64,000 nt of DNA from Asterias rubens (Eukaryota). Location: positions 5,270,001 through 5,334,000 of the forward strand of contig NC_047078.1 in NCBI RefSeq assembly GCF_902459465.1, given 5' to 3'. Positions 61,020 to 64,000 of this stretch are shown here, one piece after another. The notes under the pieces were generated by a model that saw only the letters and a list, made by a program, of their open reading frames with translations, did no database searches and was not told the origin of the DNA. A program made the translations under genes and the position numbers. The first letter of the stretch is position 1, and each line of letters begins with the position of its first letter.

Positions 61020-64000
61020 TCGGGGGATGGCACGGGGTTGGGACTTGAGTCAAGTCTAACCGTCACACAGAGTTCAAGCACAAACCTTTCAAGTACACAG
61101 TAGTGTATGGTACACACGAAAGTGGGTAGCAGACGTCTGCATGAGTGAATGTCTGACTTGAACAGAATGTTAAACGGACCGTCTCAATAAGCTCAACAAC
61201 ATACAGCAATGCTCTTGGAAAAATCGTTGAGTTTGCAGTAATGATGTCAAACCGAAACAAATTGTATTAGAAGATACCTCGACTGTTAAGGGAACTAAAA
61301 TGTGATAAATAAATAAATAATACATAATTTATTGATTTTATACTGCGCCTTTAGAATGTACACGTTCGAGCGCATAACAAAATCATTAGACGGTGAATAA
61401 AAAGCTAGCAACTAAAAGCAAGGAAAACCAACAATCTAAAAATATGAAAAGCACAAGACCCAAACACGTACGAGTCAAAATGCATTAACGTATTGAGACG
61501 GGAGATGTTTGCCACAGTGACAATCTGTAATTTGTACATCATGTCAGAAATCAAGCATCTGAAAGCACACATCTTGCGCGAAAAGACTGTTTTTTTTTAT
61601 TTTTCGATTATTAACTCGCAACTTCGACGACCATTTGGGTTCAAATTTTCACAATTTTTGTTTTGCATCTTTTGTTGAGATACACCAAGTGAAAAGACTG
61701 GTCTTTGACAATACCAAAGGTTTCAAGTGTCTTTAACGGAAAACATCGAGCTTGCCATAACCATAAGTAGCTAGAAGTATTGTTCAGATTCAGCTGGTAA
61801 AAGTAGGAGGCTTGATGCCATTTTTGAAAACTTCAATTCATCCAACTTTTTGCTGCTGAAAATAAATTTGCCCGTCTTGTTTGCAAAACATAAAGTAAGG
61901 ACCCTTTGTGAAAACGGTGACGATTTTTTAAAGTAATAACGATAAAGAAACTCGTAATAAGGTCTAGAAGGGAAAGGTCAATGTTTTTACATTTTGTTTG
62001 TTTGCAGATGACACAAGTTTGTTGTATTCAGATAAAAATGTAGACTTAGCTGTGCAGAACATTAATATTGAGCTCAGGGTAATCACTTCTTGGCTTTTAG
62101 CAAATAAATTATGTATAAACGTTCTCAAATCAAATTATGTTATGTCTTTTGTAATTTAAAACTGTTAAAATTCGTTGACCTTTATCATCTTAACTTAGGA
62201 AAGTTTATGTATAAATATATGAATAATCTTTTACCTGCTTGTTTCAACTCCAGTTTTACACTTACCTCAAACATCCACTCCTATTATACCCATAGCGCTG
62301 CTAGGAAAAATCTGTATGTTAACTATCGTAGAACCTCGTTGTCTAAAAATGGTGTTGTCCAGCGTGGCACTTTATTTTGGAATAGTCTGGATGACTCTTT
62401 TAAATCATTGCGTACTCTCTCAACTTTTACCAAAAAACTTAAAACTCGTTTTCTTAATGAATACTAAGATTCTGATTTTATTTTTGTATGTAGAAATTGT
62501 AACGGCTTTATTTTCTGTCTTACACCTGTCAATTTTGTCCTGTTAGTTTTGTCCTGTATTTTTAATGTCTGTCTGTTTATTGGGTTTGTCTGTTCATAGG
62601 CTGGGGAACAAAAGCTGTGCTTCTCCCCGGACCTAGATGTTGCCTTTTGTTTATTGTTTCATCTTTTAATATATTTTATATTTACTTTTATTTTGTCCAT
62701 ATTACTCTGTATTATACACTATTTGCAACATTGAATAAACGTTTATATCTATCTATCTATCTATCTATTTATATCACAAAGGGAAATGTTTGTTCTAGAG
62801 CATGACATCAATTGTTTTGTTTTCGTTTTGCATTCCGGGGGCGAGGCTTTTGTCAACTGTTGGTTAATCATTGGTATTTTAAATTGAGAATATGTAACAT
62901 AGAAGAACCATTGTGTGTCAGCAACCACTGAGAAACCACCAACCATTTACATGTGTTTGAATTCGAGTATAGAGTATTAAGTCCTTTCTACTGCGGGAAA
63001 TCGGTAGGTAAAACGAACATAGGCCTATTTGATAACTGTAATGTAAAACTCAATGCTGGCAAGTAAATTCTGTCACTCATTTTAATTATCTGGTTTTCTT
63101 TGTATATTATATCTTACACTTTTTTTGTATAAAAATTCAAGATGTTTATCTTCTTACGGTTGTAATTTTTACTGTAATTTGATCATTGGTCACGAGTGTA
63201 AAAACAAAAAACTAAGCTACCTATCTATCTCTTGTCATTAAAAGTTGTGATATGTTGGGAACTTTGCACCGCTGTCGAATTTGCACGGTGATCACAAAGT
63301 CTAAAATGTTCAATGACACGTTAACATTAAGGCACTTAATAGAGCTCCAACTGACGAGCGAAACAAGAGAGGTTAAAAATAATCGTGACGATTAACCGAT
63401 TTCTAAAACTACTGTACGTGCTAACATTAACAAACATCGGTGTATTGGTAAAAACCAAAATTAATATTCTTTCAGATTTAGTTTTTGCTAACAAAACAAA
63501 TGCTGGCAGTGTAAACGCTTTATGTAATACACCTATACATAAACTGACAAACCAATAGAAGTTTGAGATCGATCGGCCATCTGGGTAAAGAGAGAATAGC
63601 GAAAAAAATTGCATTGCATCGATGCCAAAATAAAAATCAATAAAACGCTCAATGAGCAATAAACTCCAAACGCGAAGTTAGATTATTTATTTATCATCAA
63701 ATATGACATTTCAGACAGAAATATTTCAAGGGGTGTTTTCAACTACCATCATCATTAGGTCGTGTAAGTTTTATGAAGATCTGTGTTGTTCGGGATTTTT
63801 GTTTCTTACCGATTCTGTAACGTTCCTGTAACATCTATGCTGTTGTTAAGACCGGTTTATGTGTTGTTTTTATTGTTTTGGTACACCTTTAACATTTTAA
63901 ACTCGTGACAGGCTGTTATGCTTTTCTGCGGGCATCCCACTGTTGTTTAAGTTAATTTTTTATTTTTTTATTTGTAATGTGTGTACATATTAGTATTAGT
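61020..64000 (+). repeat. Further copy of the backbone duplicon (matches ~48553-51250 and ~17580-19150)
   Basis: Same blocks in the same order; runs off the window end. Confidence 0.9.
61987..62766 (+). mobile_element. Second copy of the same LINE insertion, with intact 3' end
   Basis: Same 5' junction as 49521; internal deletion at ~62140; AATAAA at 62734 and (CTAT)n tail. Empty sites at ~1580 and ~18540. Confidence 0.9.

Overview
AT-rich eukaryotic (metazoan, probably marine invertebrate; the MITE families resemble ones I recall from sea-star genomes, unverified) intergenic DNA made almost entirely of transposons and internal duplications. I find no intact host gene, rRNA, bona fide tRNA or CRISPR array. 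Recognisable coding remnants are all transposon-derived: a 4.6-kb Kolobok element (transposase plus P2X7-C-terminus-like gene, 6094-10726); an EnSpm/CACTA transposase (20712-21786) with its SAMD3-like partner gene (26529-29831); a Neptune-type Penelope-like retroelement (RT plus GIY-YIG, ~31540-34020) ending in a variant minimal hammerhead ribozyme (33903-33940); an ISL2EU-type THAP-DDE transposase broken only by two 1-nt insertions (36133-37700) with its SAP-domain partner ORF; and L2/Crack LINE fragments. There are many non-autonomous TIR elements with readable TSDs (Ginger1-like, IS3EU-like foldbacks, Harbinger, Kolobok MITEs, and an unclassified 3.7-kb CCATGG-repeat element). The backbone is a ~10.6-kb unit present in several partial, circularly permuted or inverted copies, which supplies in-window empty sites that confirm several insertions. 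All calls are by eye; no database search was run.
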